A stretch of DNA of 64,000 nt from Alphaproteobacteria bacterium (GCA_964291395.2 OZ219858.1:928001-992000), one strand, 5' to 3'; shown: positions 1 to 13,739, counted from the first letter of the stretch. Numbers and translations: made by a program. Notes: generated by a model from the letters alone, not told the origin.

Positions 1-2
1 AG

Positions 3-560
3 ATCATTCCGGGCTACGAGCCCGGCAGCGGCGATCCAGAAAAGGACCAGGCCCTGCAGGACATCGGCAAGATGTTCGGCGGCCGCATACCCAACTTCCA
101 CAAGGTGCTCGCCAATTCGCTCGCCGTGGTCAATGCCTTCGAGGCCATGCGGCGTCACCTGCAGAAGACCAGGTTGCGTCCCATCGAGCGCGAGATCGTC
201 TCGGTCGAGGTCTCGCGCCGGACGAAGTGCCGTTACTGCATGTCGGCGCATTCGAACTTCGCCAAACGGATGAGGATGAGCCGGGAGGACATTGCCGCCA
301 TGCGGGAGGGACGTCCCATGTCCCATCCGCGTCATGCGCTCGTGCAGCGTGCCGCCATGCGCCTCTGGGATACGCAAGGTCGCCTGTCGGAAGAGGAGAT
401 CAAGGAATTCGACGACGAGGGGCTGTCGGCGGCGGAGCTGCTGGAGATCATCTCCGTCATCGGCTGGTACGTGACCTCGACCCTGACCAACAACCTCGCG
501 CGCACCGAGATCGATCCGGAGTTCCTCTTCGAACAGGACGATCACGACGTCGCGGCTTGA
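3..560 (+). CDS. AhpD/carboxymuconolactone decarboxylase-family peroxidase-like protein (5' end probably outside window)
   Basis: EIVSVEVSRRTKCRYCMSAH matches the AhpD CxxC..H motif; the frame is open from nt 3 (IIPGYEPGSGDPEKDQALQDIGKMFGG), upstream of the ATG at 72. Confidence 0.85.
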   Translation: MIPGYEPGSGDPEKDQALQDIGKMFGGRIPNFHKVLANSLAVVNAFEAMRRHLQKTRLRPIEREIVSVEVSRRTKCRYCMSAHSNFAKRMRMSREDIAAMREGRPMSHPRHALVQRAAMRLWDTQGRLSEEEIKEFDDEGLSAAELLEIISVIGWYVTSTLTNNLARTEIDPEFLFEQDDHDVAA

Positions 561-572
561 CACGGGCCGGTC

Positions 573-3449
573 ATGGTGGCTGGGCATGACGTCGAGACGT
601 CGCCTCGCGTTTCCGACGAGGTGAAGTTCACGACCTGCTACATGTGTGCCTGCCGCTGCGGCATCAAGGTTCACCTCAAGGACGGGCAGATCCGATACAT
701 AGAGGGCAACCGCAACCATCCCGTCAATCGCGGCGTGCTTTGTGCCAAGGGCTCGGCCGGGATCATGCACCTCAACTCTCCCGCCCGGCTGACCAAGCCC
801 CTGCGGCGCGTCGGAGAGCGCGGCTCGGGCGAGTTCGAGGAAATCGAATGGGAGGAGGCGCTCGATCTTGCGACCGCTTGGCTGGCACGGGCGCGCGCCA
901 CCAATCCGCATCGCCTCGCCTTCTTTACGGGGCGCGACCAGAGCCAGGCGCTCACATCCTGGTGGGCGATGCAGTTCGGTACGCCCAACTACGCGGCCCA
1001 TGGCGGGTTTTGTTCCGTGAACATGGCCGCTGCGGGCCTCTACACCGTTGGCAGTGCCTTCTGGGAATTCGGCGAACCCGACTGGGAGCACACACGCTAT
1101 CTGATGATGTTCGGCGTTGCCGAGGACCACGACTCCAATCCAATCAAGATGGGTATCGGTCGCCTCAAGGCCCGTGGTGTCAAGTTCGTCTCGGTCAATC
1201 CGGTGCGCACGGGGTATTCCGCGGTTGCCGATGAATGGTTGGGTGTCACACCCGGCACGGATGGGCTTTTTGTGTTTGCGCTGATCCACGAACTGCTCCG
1301 TGCCGGCAAAGTCGACGTCGACTACCTGAGCCGCTACACGAATGCGTCCTGGCTGGTGATTGACGATCCCGGGGCCGAGGACGACGGACTGTTCGCGCGG
1401 GACGCCGCCGACCGGCCCGTGTGCTGGGACCGCAGGACGGAAAGCGCGCGCGACGCGCTCAGGGCCGGCAATGAGCCGGCCCTGAAGGGAACGTTCTCTC
1501 TGTCGGACGGCCGGCAGGCGCGTCCCGCATTTCACTTGCTGGCGGAGCGCTACCTCGATTCCCAGTACGCACCCGATGCCGTAGCACCACGGGTGGGTAT
1601 CGCGGCCGCGACTATCAGACGCATTGCCGCCGAGTTGGCTCATGCCGCCTTTGCCCAGGAAGTGGTCATCGAGCGGCCATGGACCGATTACACCGGGCGG
1701 CGGTACGAGCGTATGGTCGGTCGACCAGTCAGCATGCACGCCATGCGGGGGATTTCGGCCCACTCCAACGGTTTTCACACCTGCCGCGCTATCCATGTGC
1801 TTCAGGTCCTGCTCGGCAGCGTCGATACGCCGGGCGGCTGGCGTTACAAGGCGCCCTATCCGAAGTCGCTCGAGTCCCTGCCGCGTCCGTTTGGCCGGCC
1901 CGAGGACGTTTCTCCCAACAGCCCCCTGCCGGGGCCGCACCTGGGCTTTCCGCGTGGCCCTGAAGACCTGTTGATCGACGACGACGGCACGCCCCAGCGC
2001 ATCGACAAGGCTTTCTCATGGGAGGCGCCGCTCGCTGCCCACGGCATGATGCATTCGGTGATCTCGAACGCTTTCCGGGGAGACCCATATCCGATCGACA
2101 CGTTGTTCATGTACATGGCCAACATGGCTTGGAATTCGGCCATGAACACGGCCGAGACCATTCAGATGCTGACGGAGAAGGAGGGCGCGACAGACGAGTA
2201 CAAGATTCCGCGGATCATCTATTCCGATGCCTTCTATTCCGAGATGGTGGCCTATGCGGATCTGGTACTGCCCGACACGACGTATCTCGAACGTTGGGAC
2301 TGCATTTCGCTTCTGGATCGGCCGATCAGCAACGCTGAATCCGCCAACGACGCGATCCGCCAGCCCGTCGTGGCACCGGACCGCGATGTGCGTCCATTCC
2401 AGGACATCTTGCTCGATCTTGGTGCGCGTCTCGGCTTGCCGGGGATGGTCGATGATCAGGGCAATCCCCGCTATCCAGGTGGCTATCGCGATTACATGAT
2501 CAATCACGAGCGGCGGCCAGGGATCGGCATGCTGTCCGGCTGGCGCGGCGCCAACGGCGTGATGAGCGGCACCGGACCTCCCAACCCGGACCAGGTACAA
2601 CGTTACATCGACAACGAGTGCTTCTGGCAGGGAAAGATCCCTGGGGAGGCTCAGTATTTCAAGCACGTCAACGCGGCTTACCTCGCCTATGCGGAGGGGA
2701 TGGGATTCGTGGCCGATTGTTCGCCGGTCATCCTGCAGCTCTACAGCGAGGAACTTCAAAGATTTCGCCTCGCCGCACGCGGATGCGGAACTGAGCGGCC
2801 GCCCGAGAAGCATCGCGAGCGCATCGAGACCTACTTCGACCCACTTCCGTTCTGGTACCGGCCATTCGAGGAGGCGCTCGAAACCGCGGACCGCTTTCGG
2901 CTCCATGCGGTGACGCAGCGGCCGATGGCGATGTACCACTCGTGGGGCTCACAGAATGCCTGGCTCCGGCAAATTCACGCCGCCAACCGCCTCTACGTCC
3001 CGCGAACTCTGGCGCTGTCGCTCGGGATCGAGGACGAAGATTGGGTCTGGGTTGAGAGCCGCAACGGTAGGATCAAGGCGCGCGTAAGACTCATGGAAGG
3101 GGTCAACCCGCACACCATCTGGACATGGAATGCTATCGGCAAGCGTTCCGGTGCCTGGAACCTCGCCGACGATTCGCCCGAATCCCGAGAGGGGTTCCTC
3201 CTGAACCACTTGATCCACGAGTTGCTGCCTGCACGTGAAAGTGGGTACCGCTACAGCAATTCCGATCCGGTTACGGGACAGGCTGCATGGTACGACCTGC
3301 GTGTCCGTATCGAGAAGGCGGCCGCGGACGAGCAGGGGGAATCGGCGCCGCAATTCGGGTCGGTTCGAACGAGCGCCGGATTGAGCGGACGTCCGGCCCT
3401 GCTGCGCTATGGCGTGGAACCGAGGATCAAGGAGAGGGCCAGCCCATGA
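573..3449 (+). CDS. soeA: Sulfite dehydrogenase molybdopterin subunit (DMSO reductase family)
   Basis: N-terminal TCYMCACRCG...CAKG 4Fe-4S motif, no Tat signal, 958 aa, AAHGGFCSVNMA and YHSWGSQNAWLRQI motifs; followed by Fe-S and membrane-anchor genes. Confidence 0.9.
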   Translation: MVAGHDVETSPRVSDEVKFTTCYMCACRCGIKVHLKDGQIRYIEGNRNHPVNRGVLCAKGSAGIMHLNSPARLTKPLRRVGERGSGEFEEIEWEEALDLATAWLARARATNPHRLAFFTGRDQSQALTSWWAMQFGTPNYAAHGGFCSVNMAAAGLYTVGSAFWEFGEPDWEHTRYLMMFGVAEDHDSNPIKMGIGRLKARGVKFVSVNPVRTGYSAVADEWLGVTPGTDGLFVFALIHELLRAGKVDVDYLSRYTNASWLVIDDPGAEDDGLFARDAADRPVCWDRRTESARDALRAGNEPALKGTFSLSDGRQARPAFHLLAERYLDSQYAPDAVAPRVGIAAATIRRIAAELAHAAFAQEVVIERPWTDYTGRRYERMVGRPVSMHAMRGISAHSNGFHTCRAIHVLQVLLGSVDTPGGWRYKAPYPKSLESLPRPFGRPEDVSPNSPLPGPHLGFPRGPEDLLIDDDGTPQRIDKAFSWEAPLAAHGMMHSVISNAFRGDPYPIDTLFMYMANMAWNSAMNTAETIQMLTEKEGATDEYKIPRIIYSDAFYSEMVAYADLVLPDTTYLERWDCISLLDRPISNAESANDAIRQPVVAPDRDVRPFQDILLDLGARLGLPGMVDDQGNPRYPGGYRDYMINHERRPGIGMLSGWRGANGVMSGTGPPNPDQVQRYIDNECFWQGKIPGEAQYFKHVNAAYLAYAEGMGFVADCSPVILQLYSEELQRFRLAARGCGTERPPEKHRERIETYFDPLPFWYRPFEEALETADRFRLHAVTQRPMAMYHSWGSQNAWLRQIHAANRLYVPRTLALSLGIEDEDWVWVESRNGRIKARVRLMEGVNPHTIWTWNAIGKRSGAWNLADDSPESREGFLLNHLIHELLPARESGYRYSNSDPVTGQAAWYDLRVRIEKAAADEQGESAPQFGSVRTSAGLSGRPALLRYGVEPRIKERASP

Positions 3450-4180
3450 CGAGCCTGCCCGACATCCCGACGCTCAAGCGCCTCGGCCTCGTCATCGATC
3501 TTGACACCTGTGTCGGATGTCACGCCTGTGCCGTGAACTGCAAGGAATGGAACACCGGCGGCTACCATGCTCCGCTTACCGACGAGGCGCCCTACGGCAC
3601 CGACCCGTCGGGCGTTTGGCTCAACAGGATCCATACATTCGAGGCAGGTGAAGGCGAGGGCAGCCGTCTGGTGCATTTCCCCAAGTCATGCCTCCATTGC
3701 GAGGACGCGCCCTGTGTCACCGTGTGCCCCACGGGGGCCTCCTACAAGCGGACCGAGGACGGCATCGTGCTCGTGGACGAGGACTTGTGCATCGGCTGCA
3801 AGCTGTGTTCGTGGGCCTGTCCCTATGGCGCGCGCGAATACGACCGGGACGCGGGAGTGATGAAGAAGTGCACCCTCTGTATCGACCGCATCTACAACGA
3901 GAACCTGGACGAGGTTGACCGGGTGCCCGCCTGCGTCGCCACCTGCCCCGCCTCGGCGCGCCACTTCGGAGATCTTGGCGACCCACAGTCGAAGGTCTCC
4001 AAACTCGTCGCCGACCGTGGCGGGTACGATCTGATGCCCGAGATGGAGACCGGGCCGGTCAACAAGTACCTGCCGCCCAGGCCACGGGCCACGGAGGGCG
4101 GAGGCGCGCAATCGGTGCCCGAGCTCAAGACGGCGGCAGGCGGGTTCCTGGGCTGGCTTGACCGAATATTGTCGGGCTGA
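3446..4180 (+). CDS. soeB: Sulfite dehydrogenase Fe-S subunit
   Basis: ATGA overlap with soeA; CVGCHAC, CLHCEDAPC, CIGCKLC and CTLC ferredoxin motifs. Confidence 0.9.
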   Translation: MTSLPDIPTLKRLGLVIDLDTCVGCHACAVNCKEWNTGGYHAPLTDEAPYGTDPSGVWLNRIHTFEAGEGEGSRLVHFPKSCLHCEDAPCVTVCPTGASYKRTEDGIVLVDEDLCIGCKLCSWACPYGAREYDRDAGVMKKCTLCIDRIYNENLDEVDRVPACVATCPASARHFGDLGDPQSKVSKLVADRGGYDLMPEMETGPVNKYLPPRPRATEGGGAQSVPELKTAAGGFLGWLDRILSG

Positions 4181-4186
4181 CACGCC

Positions 4187-5134
4187 ATGCACCCGGCGTA
4201 TTCCGTCATCTTCTTCACCACGGCATCGGGAATGGGGTACGGCCTCCTGGCGTTGTTGGGCCTCTATGCGGCGAGTGGCCTGATCCCTGCGGAGCGTTGG
4301 TTCGGCGCTACCGCGCTGACGCTCGCACTTGGGCTGATCACCTGTGGATTGTTGTCGTCCACGTTCCATCTTGGGCATCCGGAACGGGCTTGGCGTGCCG
4401 TGACGCAATGGCGATCGTCTTGGTTGTCGAGAGAGGGGATAGCGGCCCTCGTTACCTACATCCCGACAGTTCTATTCGCCGCTGGCTGGCTCGTTGTCCA
4501 GAAGACAACTGGTTGGTGGGGCGTGCTCGGTGTTCTCTCCGCCGCGGGAGCGGCGGTCACCGTCTACTGCACGGGAATGATCTACGCCTCGTTGCGCGCC
4601 ATTCCCCGGTGGCACAACCGGTGGGTTGTACCCAATTATCTGGTCCTTGCGCTGCTGACGGGCGGTGTCTGTTTTGATGTACTCACGCGCGTATTCGGTG
4701 TGCAACGGCCCGAGTCCGCACTACTGGTTTCGCTTGTGGTCGCCGGCGGCTGGCTGCTCAAGGGGATCTACTGGCGCCGGATCGACACTGCGCCCACCGT
4801 GAGCACGTCAGCCAGCGCTACCGGGTTGGGTATCTTCGGCGAGGTTCGTCTCCTTGATCCGCCTCACACCCAAGTCAACTATCTGCAACAGGAGATGGGG
4901 TTTCGGATTGCCCGCAAGCACGCTCGCAAGCTGCGGCGTATCGCTATCACCCTGACCTTTGCCGTACCGCTCGTCCTGTCACTCCTGTTGCTTGCACTGC
5001 CGCCCGTGCCTGCGATCATCGCTGCCGCCCTGTCCTGTTTGAGTTGCACGTTCGGCGTGATCATCGAACGCTGGCTGTTCTTCGCCGAGGCCGAACATGT
5101 CGTCACGCTCTACTACGGTGCACGGGATGTGTAG
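4187..5134 (+). CDS. soeC: Sulfite dehydrogenase membrane anchor (DmsC/NrfD-like)
   Basis: MHPAYSVIFFT start, HLGHPERAWRA..SWLSRE and ERWLFFAEA motifs, multiple TM helices. Confidence 0.9.
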   Translation: MHPAYSVIFFTTASGMGYGLLALLGLYAASGLIPAERWFGATALTLALGLITCGLLSSTFHLGHPERAWRAVTQWRSSWLSREGIAALVTYIPTVLFAAGWLVVQKTTGWWGVLGVLSAAGAAVTVYCTGMIYASLRAIPRWHNRWVVPNYLVLALLTGGVCFDVLTRVFGVQRPESALLVSLVVAGGWLLKGIYWRRIDTAPTVSTSASATGLGIFGEVRLLDPPHTQVNYLQQEMGFRIARKHARKLRRIAITLTFAVPLVLSLLLLALPPVPAIIAAALSCLSCTFGVIIERWLFFAEAEHVVTLYYGARDV

Positions 5135-5186
5135 TGTTCATTTGGCCCGCCGGTTGTGCCCTTGCCGCCCTTGATGACTCTCAGGC

Positions 5187-5300
5187 CGCTCGATCTTGCG
5201 ACCGTGTGGCTGGCACGGACGCGCGCCACCAATCCGCATCGCCTCGCCTTCTTTACGGGGCGCGACCAGAGCCAGGCGTTCACATCCTGGTGGGGGATGC
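5187..5300 (+). repeat. 114-bp decayed direct copy of an internal soeA segment (859-972)
   Basis: Manual alignment at offset 4328: 109/114 identical, no gaps. Confidence 0.95.
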
Positions 5301-5346
5301 CTGTGGACCCATGGGACAGACGGAGTTATTCGGTCGGGCGCTGACG

Positions 5347-6333
5347 CTACATGAACAGCCGTTCGCCTTCCATGCCGTCATACAGTTGGGCAACGAACTC
5401 GCCGTAACCGTTATAAATCACCGTCGGAATTCTGCCGTTCGTTCCGAGCACGCGTTCCGTCGCTTGGCTCCATCGGGGATGGGGAACTTCCGGATTGACG
5501 TTCGCCCAGAAGCCGTACTCCCGGCCCTGAACCTCTTCCCAGAACGTTCTCGGCCGCTTGTCGGTGAACGTGAACCGGTCGATCGACTTGACCGACTTGA
5601 AGCCGTACTTCCACGGGGCCGCAAGCCGGAGCGGTGCGCCGTGCTGCTTTGCCAGCGGTTTGCCATAAGCGCCCGTTACCATGAACGCAAGATCGTTTGT
5701 CGCCTCGGCAATGGTCAGTCCTTCGAGATAGGGCCAGGGATACCAGAACTGCCGCTGGCCCGGTGCCATTTCCGGTTTGTTGAAGGTCGCCATTTCGATG
5801 TACTTCGCGCTGCTCAGCGGCTTGGCGAGTTCCACCAACGCCCTGAGTGGAAATCCAGTCCATGGCGCGATCATCGACCAGGCCTCAACGCAGCGATGAC
5901 GATAAACCCGCTCCTCCAGCGATACCTGCGCCAGCAAGTCGTCGATCCCGATCGTGAACTCGTTCTCGACCATGCCCTCGATGCGGATTTCCCACGGCCT
6001 GACCTTCAGCTTTTGCGCTGAGCGCCAGATCTCCTTGTGGGAACCGTATTCATAGAAGTTATTGTACTTGCCGTTGGTTTCCTCGTCCGTGATATCGCGT
6101 TCGACACGATATCTCAGGTTCCGTGCGGCTGGATAGAGCGGGAATGACGGATCATCCCGCTGCGCGTCGGCCCATGGCACCTCGGCCAACGCCGGACGTG
6201 CGAAAGAGCCCATACCTGCCAGGATGCTGCCCGCCGCGAGTCCTTTCATGAGCTGGCGCCGGTTGAGAAATGCACTTTCGGGCGTCGCCGCCGATTCCGG
6301 GAGTTCCCAGCCTTTGCGAACCTTGATCAACAT
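5347..6333 (-). CDS. msrP: Protein-methionine-sulfoxide reductase catalytic subunit
   Basis: MLIK...ATPESAFLNRRQLMKG Tat signal, YNNFYEYG, HRCVEAWS, PWKYGFKS, HPRWSQATER; GGAGG RBS before the ATG at 6333. Confidence 0.92.
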   Translation of the reverse strand: MLIKVRKGWELPESAATPESAFLNRRQLMKGLAAGSILAGMGSFARPALAEVPWADAQRDDPSFPLYPAARNLRYRVERDITDEETNGKYNNFYEYGSHKEIWRSAQKLKVRPWEIRIEGMVENEFTIGIDDLLAQVSLEERVYRHRCVEAWSMIAPWTGFPLRALVELAKPLSSAKYIEMATFNKPEMAPGQRQFWYPWPYLEGLTIAEATNDLAFMVTGAYGKPLAKQHGAPLRLAAPWKYGFKSVKSIDRFTFTDKRPRTFWEEVQGREYGFWANVNPEVPHPRWSQATERVLGTNGRIPTVIYNGYGEFVAQLYDGMEGERLFM

Positions 6334-6439
6334 TTTTGCCTCCTGAGCCGCTTGCGCGGATGACGTTTCCGACATAAGGGCCGCCGGTCTCGGCGACAAG
6401 TCAAACTTACGTGATACCCGCCGGCGGCTTGCCGGTGCC

Positions 6440-7225
6440 TTACGCATCTTCGAAGGCGACCGTCACCTGCCCGAATTCCCCAAAATCGGCAACCGCCACG
6501 TCGCCGGCATCGGCATAGGCCAACCCGGTGGAGAGTCCCGTCGCGATGATTTCGCCCGCGCGCAGACCCATTCCCGTGCTGGGTAGGTCGTTGGCGAGCC
6601 AGTGCAGTGCGTTCACCGGGTGTTCGAGAACGTTGCCCCCGCTTCCGCGCGTGACGACCCTTCCGTTGATCGCCAAGGTCACCTCGTGCGATGCCAGATC
6701 TTTCTGGCGCCAATCGATGACCGGTTCACCCAGGATCAAGCCGCCGGACAGCATGTTGTCGGCTATGAGGCTCAAGACGCCAACGCATGTCCAGTCCTGG
6801 TACGCGGTATCTACGATCTCGATGAGCGGAATCATCGCGTCGACGGCGTCGGTCACGGCATCGACGTCGAACGGCGCCCCGGACGGGGGCAGGTCCTTGC
6901 CGAGACGGAACCCGAACTCGGGCTCGATGAGGCGCATGAAATACTTGTCGCTTTGCAGCGCGGCCGGACTCTGATCGAGCTTGCCGGCCATCACCCGCCC
7001 GCGGCAGGGTTCATCGAACTTCAGTGTCTGCTGAGCAACTTCACTCGTGCAACTCAGCTTCCAACCGACGGATTGGCCGCCCCAGATTTCGACCAGGCGA
7101 TCCTGGATCGCATACGCCTCACGAAGCGTCTCGGGAATCAGATCCGGCGGCAGCGCCTCCAATTGCTTACGTTGGTGATACGCCGTGGCCAACAGGCTTG
7201 CGGCGCACGCCGTTGGCGCATCCAT
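6440..7225 (-). CDS. 2-keto-4-pentenoate hydratase / FAH-family protein
   Basis: EAYAIQ, GWKL, IEPEF, EIVD, IADN and GEIIATG motifs; start at MDAPT inferred. Confidence 0.8.
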   Translation of the reverse strand: MDAPTACAASLLATAYHQRKQLEALPPDLIPETLREAYAIQDRLVEIWGGQSVGWKLSCTSEVAQQTLKFDEPCRGRVMAGKLDQSPAALQSDKYFMRLIEPEFGFRLGKDLPPSGAPFDVDAVTDAVDAMIPLIEIVDTAYQDWTCVGVLSLIADNMLSGGLILGEPVIDWRQKDLASHEVTLAINGRVVTRGSGGNVLEHPVNALHWLANDLPSTGMGLRAGEIIATGLSTGLAYADAGDVAVADFGEFGQVTVAFEDA

Positions 7226-7254
7226 GGAATTTACCGTTCTCCGGGCTCGCGGCG

Positions 7255-9279
7255 TCACTCCGCTGCGTAGGCTTCCACGACCTCGTCCGCGAGACGCCCC
7301 TGCAACTCCTGCAAGTGATCGAACTTCCAGGTGAACGTGCCGACACCGGACGTCAACGAGCGTATCTCGATGATCAGGTCGTGCATTTCGGATTGCGGCA
7401 ACTGGGCCGACAGGATGTCCCAGCCCTGCCAACCCGGACGGGTATCGAATCCCAGGATCTGTCCGCGCCGGCTGCTCACCACGCTGTTGACCCGCGCCGT
7501 CAGCTCGGAAGGCACCGAGATATCGACATGCAGGATCGGCTCCAACAGCACCGGGTTGCACTTGGGCAATCCCTCCGACATGGCCATGCGGCCTGCCGTC
7601 TTGAACGCCAGTTCGGAGCTGTCGACCGCGTGATGCTGTCCGTCCGTCAAGGTCACTGACACGTCAACCACGGGAAACCCGAGCGGTCCCTTGCTCAGGA
7701 AATCCAGGACTCCGGCCTCGACCGCGGGAATGAATTGACGTGGTACGGCACCGCCTACGACCTTTTCGTCGAACTGGAAACCGGAACCGCGCGGCAACGG
7801 TTTGATGTCGATGTGCACGTCGCCGAATTGGCCGTGACCGCCGGTCTGCTTCTTGTACCGCGAGTGCTGCGAAACTCCCTTGCGAATCGCCTCCTTGTAC
7901 GGAACCTTCGGGCGTTCCACATTGATCGACAGACCCGAACGGTTCTTCAGCCGGTCCGCGGCCACGCGCAGGTGCATTTCACCCTGTCCCCACAGTAGCC
8001 ACTGATTCGTGTCGTCCTCGTGTTCGAACCGCAGCGACGGATCTTCGTCCATCAACTTGGTCACGGCGCCCGAGACCTTGACTTCGTCATTGCGGTCGGC
8101 GGCTGTCATGGCCAACGCGTAAACGGGCTGTGGTACGGGTGCCCGCGGGAGTTGCTCCACGTCCTTCGAGGTAGACAGCGTCGTGCCCGTAACGGCCTGT
8201 TCGAGTCGGCCCAACCCGACGACGTCGCCCGCAACGGCCTCGGCTAGCTTGTCTGTCTGCTGACCCAGGAGTCGGAACAGGCCCGAAACGCGCTGGTCAC
8301 CGAGTGTCATTCCGTCCGTGACCGAGCCCCGCCACACCCGGGCGACGGACAACTTGCCGCCATGCTGGGTGTTGAAGGACTTGAGAATCTGCACCAGGGG
8401 CTCGCTGCCACCGAGATCGATCCCCGCTCGTTCAGCGGCGGCGTTCGAGGCCGGTACCTCATGCCGTAACGCCTTCAACAGCCGATTGACGCCGGACGAC
8501 TGCTCGGCCGTTCCCAGCAGAATGGGCACGACGTGTCCATCCCGGGTGATATTGGAAAGGTGACCATAGGCGGCGTCCCGCTCGGGATCGACATCCTCAA
8601 GAAGCTGCTCCATCAGCGTATCGTCGTAGTCGGCCAGCTTCTCCAGCATCTCGTAACGGGCCTGTGCAACATCGTTGTCCATGTCACCGGGAATGTCCGC
8701 CGGTTCCGACGCCGCGCCGGGCCTATAGGTAAAGGCCCGAAGACTGGGAAGATCGACATAGCCGGTCACCGCCTCGCCGTCGACAATGGGTAACTGCCGC
8801 AACACGAGGGGCTTTTCCGAAGCCTCCTGCAGAGCGGCCACCAAGTCGCCGATCGGGCCCGAGGCCCGATCCATCTTGTTGACGAAAATGAAATGAGGCA
8901 GGCCCATGTCGCTGAGCCGACGCAGCACGGGCATCATCATGATCGCCTTGTCCGCCTCCGGCTCGCATACGACAACGGCCGCGTCGGCACCTATGAGCGC
9001 GTTGGCACCGTCCTGCCAGAATTCGATGGAGCCCGGACAATCGAGAAACGTGAAGATATCGTCCAGGTAAGTGGTCGTCGCGACGTTGAGTTCCGTGCTC
9101 ATCTGCCGGTCGCGTGCCTCGGGGCTCGCGTCACCGACGGTGTTGCCTTCCTTCGCGCTCCCCTTTCGGTGGACCGCTCCCGTGGCGAACAGGATCGCCT
9201 CGAGAAGTGCTGTTTTTCCAGAGGTATATGGACCGACAAGCGCTACGGATCGCGGCCCGGCATCAGTACTCCCGCTCAT
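7255..9279 (-). CDS. Elongation factor G-like paralogue (EF-G2 type)
   Basis: GPYTSGKT, DCPG, NKMD, GQGEMHL, KKQTGGHGQFG and HAVDSSELAF motifs; 674 aa; not in an str operon. Confidence 0.9.
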   Translation of the reverse strand: MSGSTDAGPRSVALVGPYTSGKTALLEAILFATGAVHRKGSAKEGNTVGDASPEARDRQMSTELNVATTTYLDDIFTFLDCPGSIEFWQDGANALIGADAAVVVCEPEADKAIMMMPVLRRLSDMGLPHFIFVNKMDRASGPIGDLVAALQEASEKPLVLRQLPIVDGEAVTGYVDLPSLRAFTYRPGAASEPADIPGDMDNDVAQARYEMLEKLADYDDTLMEQLLEDVDPERDAAYGHLSNITRDGHVVPILLGTAEQSSGVNRLLKALRHEVPASNAAAERAGIDLGGSEPLVQILKSFNTQHGGKLSVARVWRGSVTDGMTLGDQRVSGLFRLLGQQTDKLAEAVAGDVVGLGRLEQAVTGTTLSTSKDVEQLPRAPVPQPVYALAMTAADRNDEVKVSGAVTKLMDEDPSLRFEHEDDTNQWLLWGQGEMHLRVAADRLKNRSGLSINVERPKVPYKEAIRKGVSQHSRYKKQTGGHGQFGDVHIDIKPLPRGSGFQFDEKVVGGAVPRQFIPAVEAGVLDFLSKGPLGFPVVDVSVTLTDGQHHAVDSSELAFKTAGRMAMSEGLPKCNPVLLEPILHVDISVPSELTARVNSVVSSRRGQILGFDTRPGWQGWDILSAQLPQSEMHDLIIEIRSLTSGVGTFTWKFDHLQELQGRLADEVVEAYAAE

Positions 9280-9469
9280 AGATTGTGCCTCGATGCTGCT
9301 GCTCCGACGCTGCTCGAAATCCCGTCACGGATTCAAAGGCCAGAGCGGCATGATGTCCTTCCCTGGCCCACTATGTTTTCAAGCGGACGCCCGGCATGCA
9401 AGGAGAAAACTGCCCTAGCGTCACCGGCAGATGATGTGTCCGGGTTAGGTAGCACACGAGAGGATTGAC

Positions 9470-13028
<3,559 letters not shown>

Positions 13029-13220
13029 TCGCTGCCCCCTCATCCATCTGCCTGCGCCGGAAGCATCGCCGGGGCGAAGGTGTGCCGGGTGCCGTACGTT
13101 CCGCCGTCCCGATACGCGATCCCCGCCTCTGCGATCGCCTTGAAGCCGATCTCCCTTGGACAGACCGCGCGATAGCTGCTCTATTCGCCGGACTGCCGTC
13201 GATCGGGCTTGCGAAATTCC

Positions 13221-13565
13221 ATGCCTCCGAAAACCAATCCGCTTCGCCTCAACAATCTGCAACGTAAGACTCTGGTGATCTTGCAGGCGTTGGCGGCCGA
13301 TCCCCGCACCTCGACGAATCTCCCCGAGACCGGCGAGGTTCTGATCACCGGGTTTCCACCGCCCCACGGTGACCATTTCCACGTCGGCGACACGGTGATC
13401 ATGGCGAAGGACGCGACGGGGCTCAGGAACGAGGCGGTATGGCGGGCATTGGAACGGAAAGGTCTGGCGCACGGCGAATTTCCCATCGCCATTCACCTGA
13501 CTGCTTCAGGTTTGTCGTACGACACGGGCCTCAAGGAGCGGATCCTGCACCGTCATTCGCACTAA
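13221..13565 (+). CDS. Small hypothetical protein with His-rich motifs
   Basis: Plausible 114-aa ORF (PKTNPLRLNNLQRKTL..., HGDHFHVG, C-terminal HRHSH). Confidence 0.7.
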   Translation: MPPKTNPLRLNNLQRKTLVILQALAADPRTSTNLPETGEVLITGFPPPHGDHFHVGDTVIMAKDATGLRNEAVWRALERKGLAHGEFPIAIHLTASGLSYDTGLKERILHRHSH

Positions 13566-13739
13566 TCCTCCAGGCCCGATCAGGTGCGCGTGCGTGCAAC
13601 ACGCAGGTCACGAAGGGAATGAACATCGGGTGTCCCGTGGGCCGCAGGTCGAACCGCGGATGTCGTTGCGGCCGATTCCGTCAGTCGACAGAAGGAGAAT
13701 GACCGCGCCTTCAGGCCAGGACCGGAGCCAACGGACGGC

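Noticed and set aside
5187-5300. soeA duplicate as a diversity-generating retroelement template/variable repeat pair
   Set aside because: The five mismatches are not adenine-specific on either strand, and there is no reverse transcriptase in the window.
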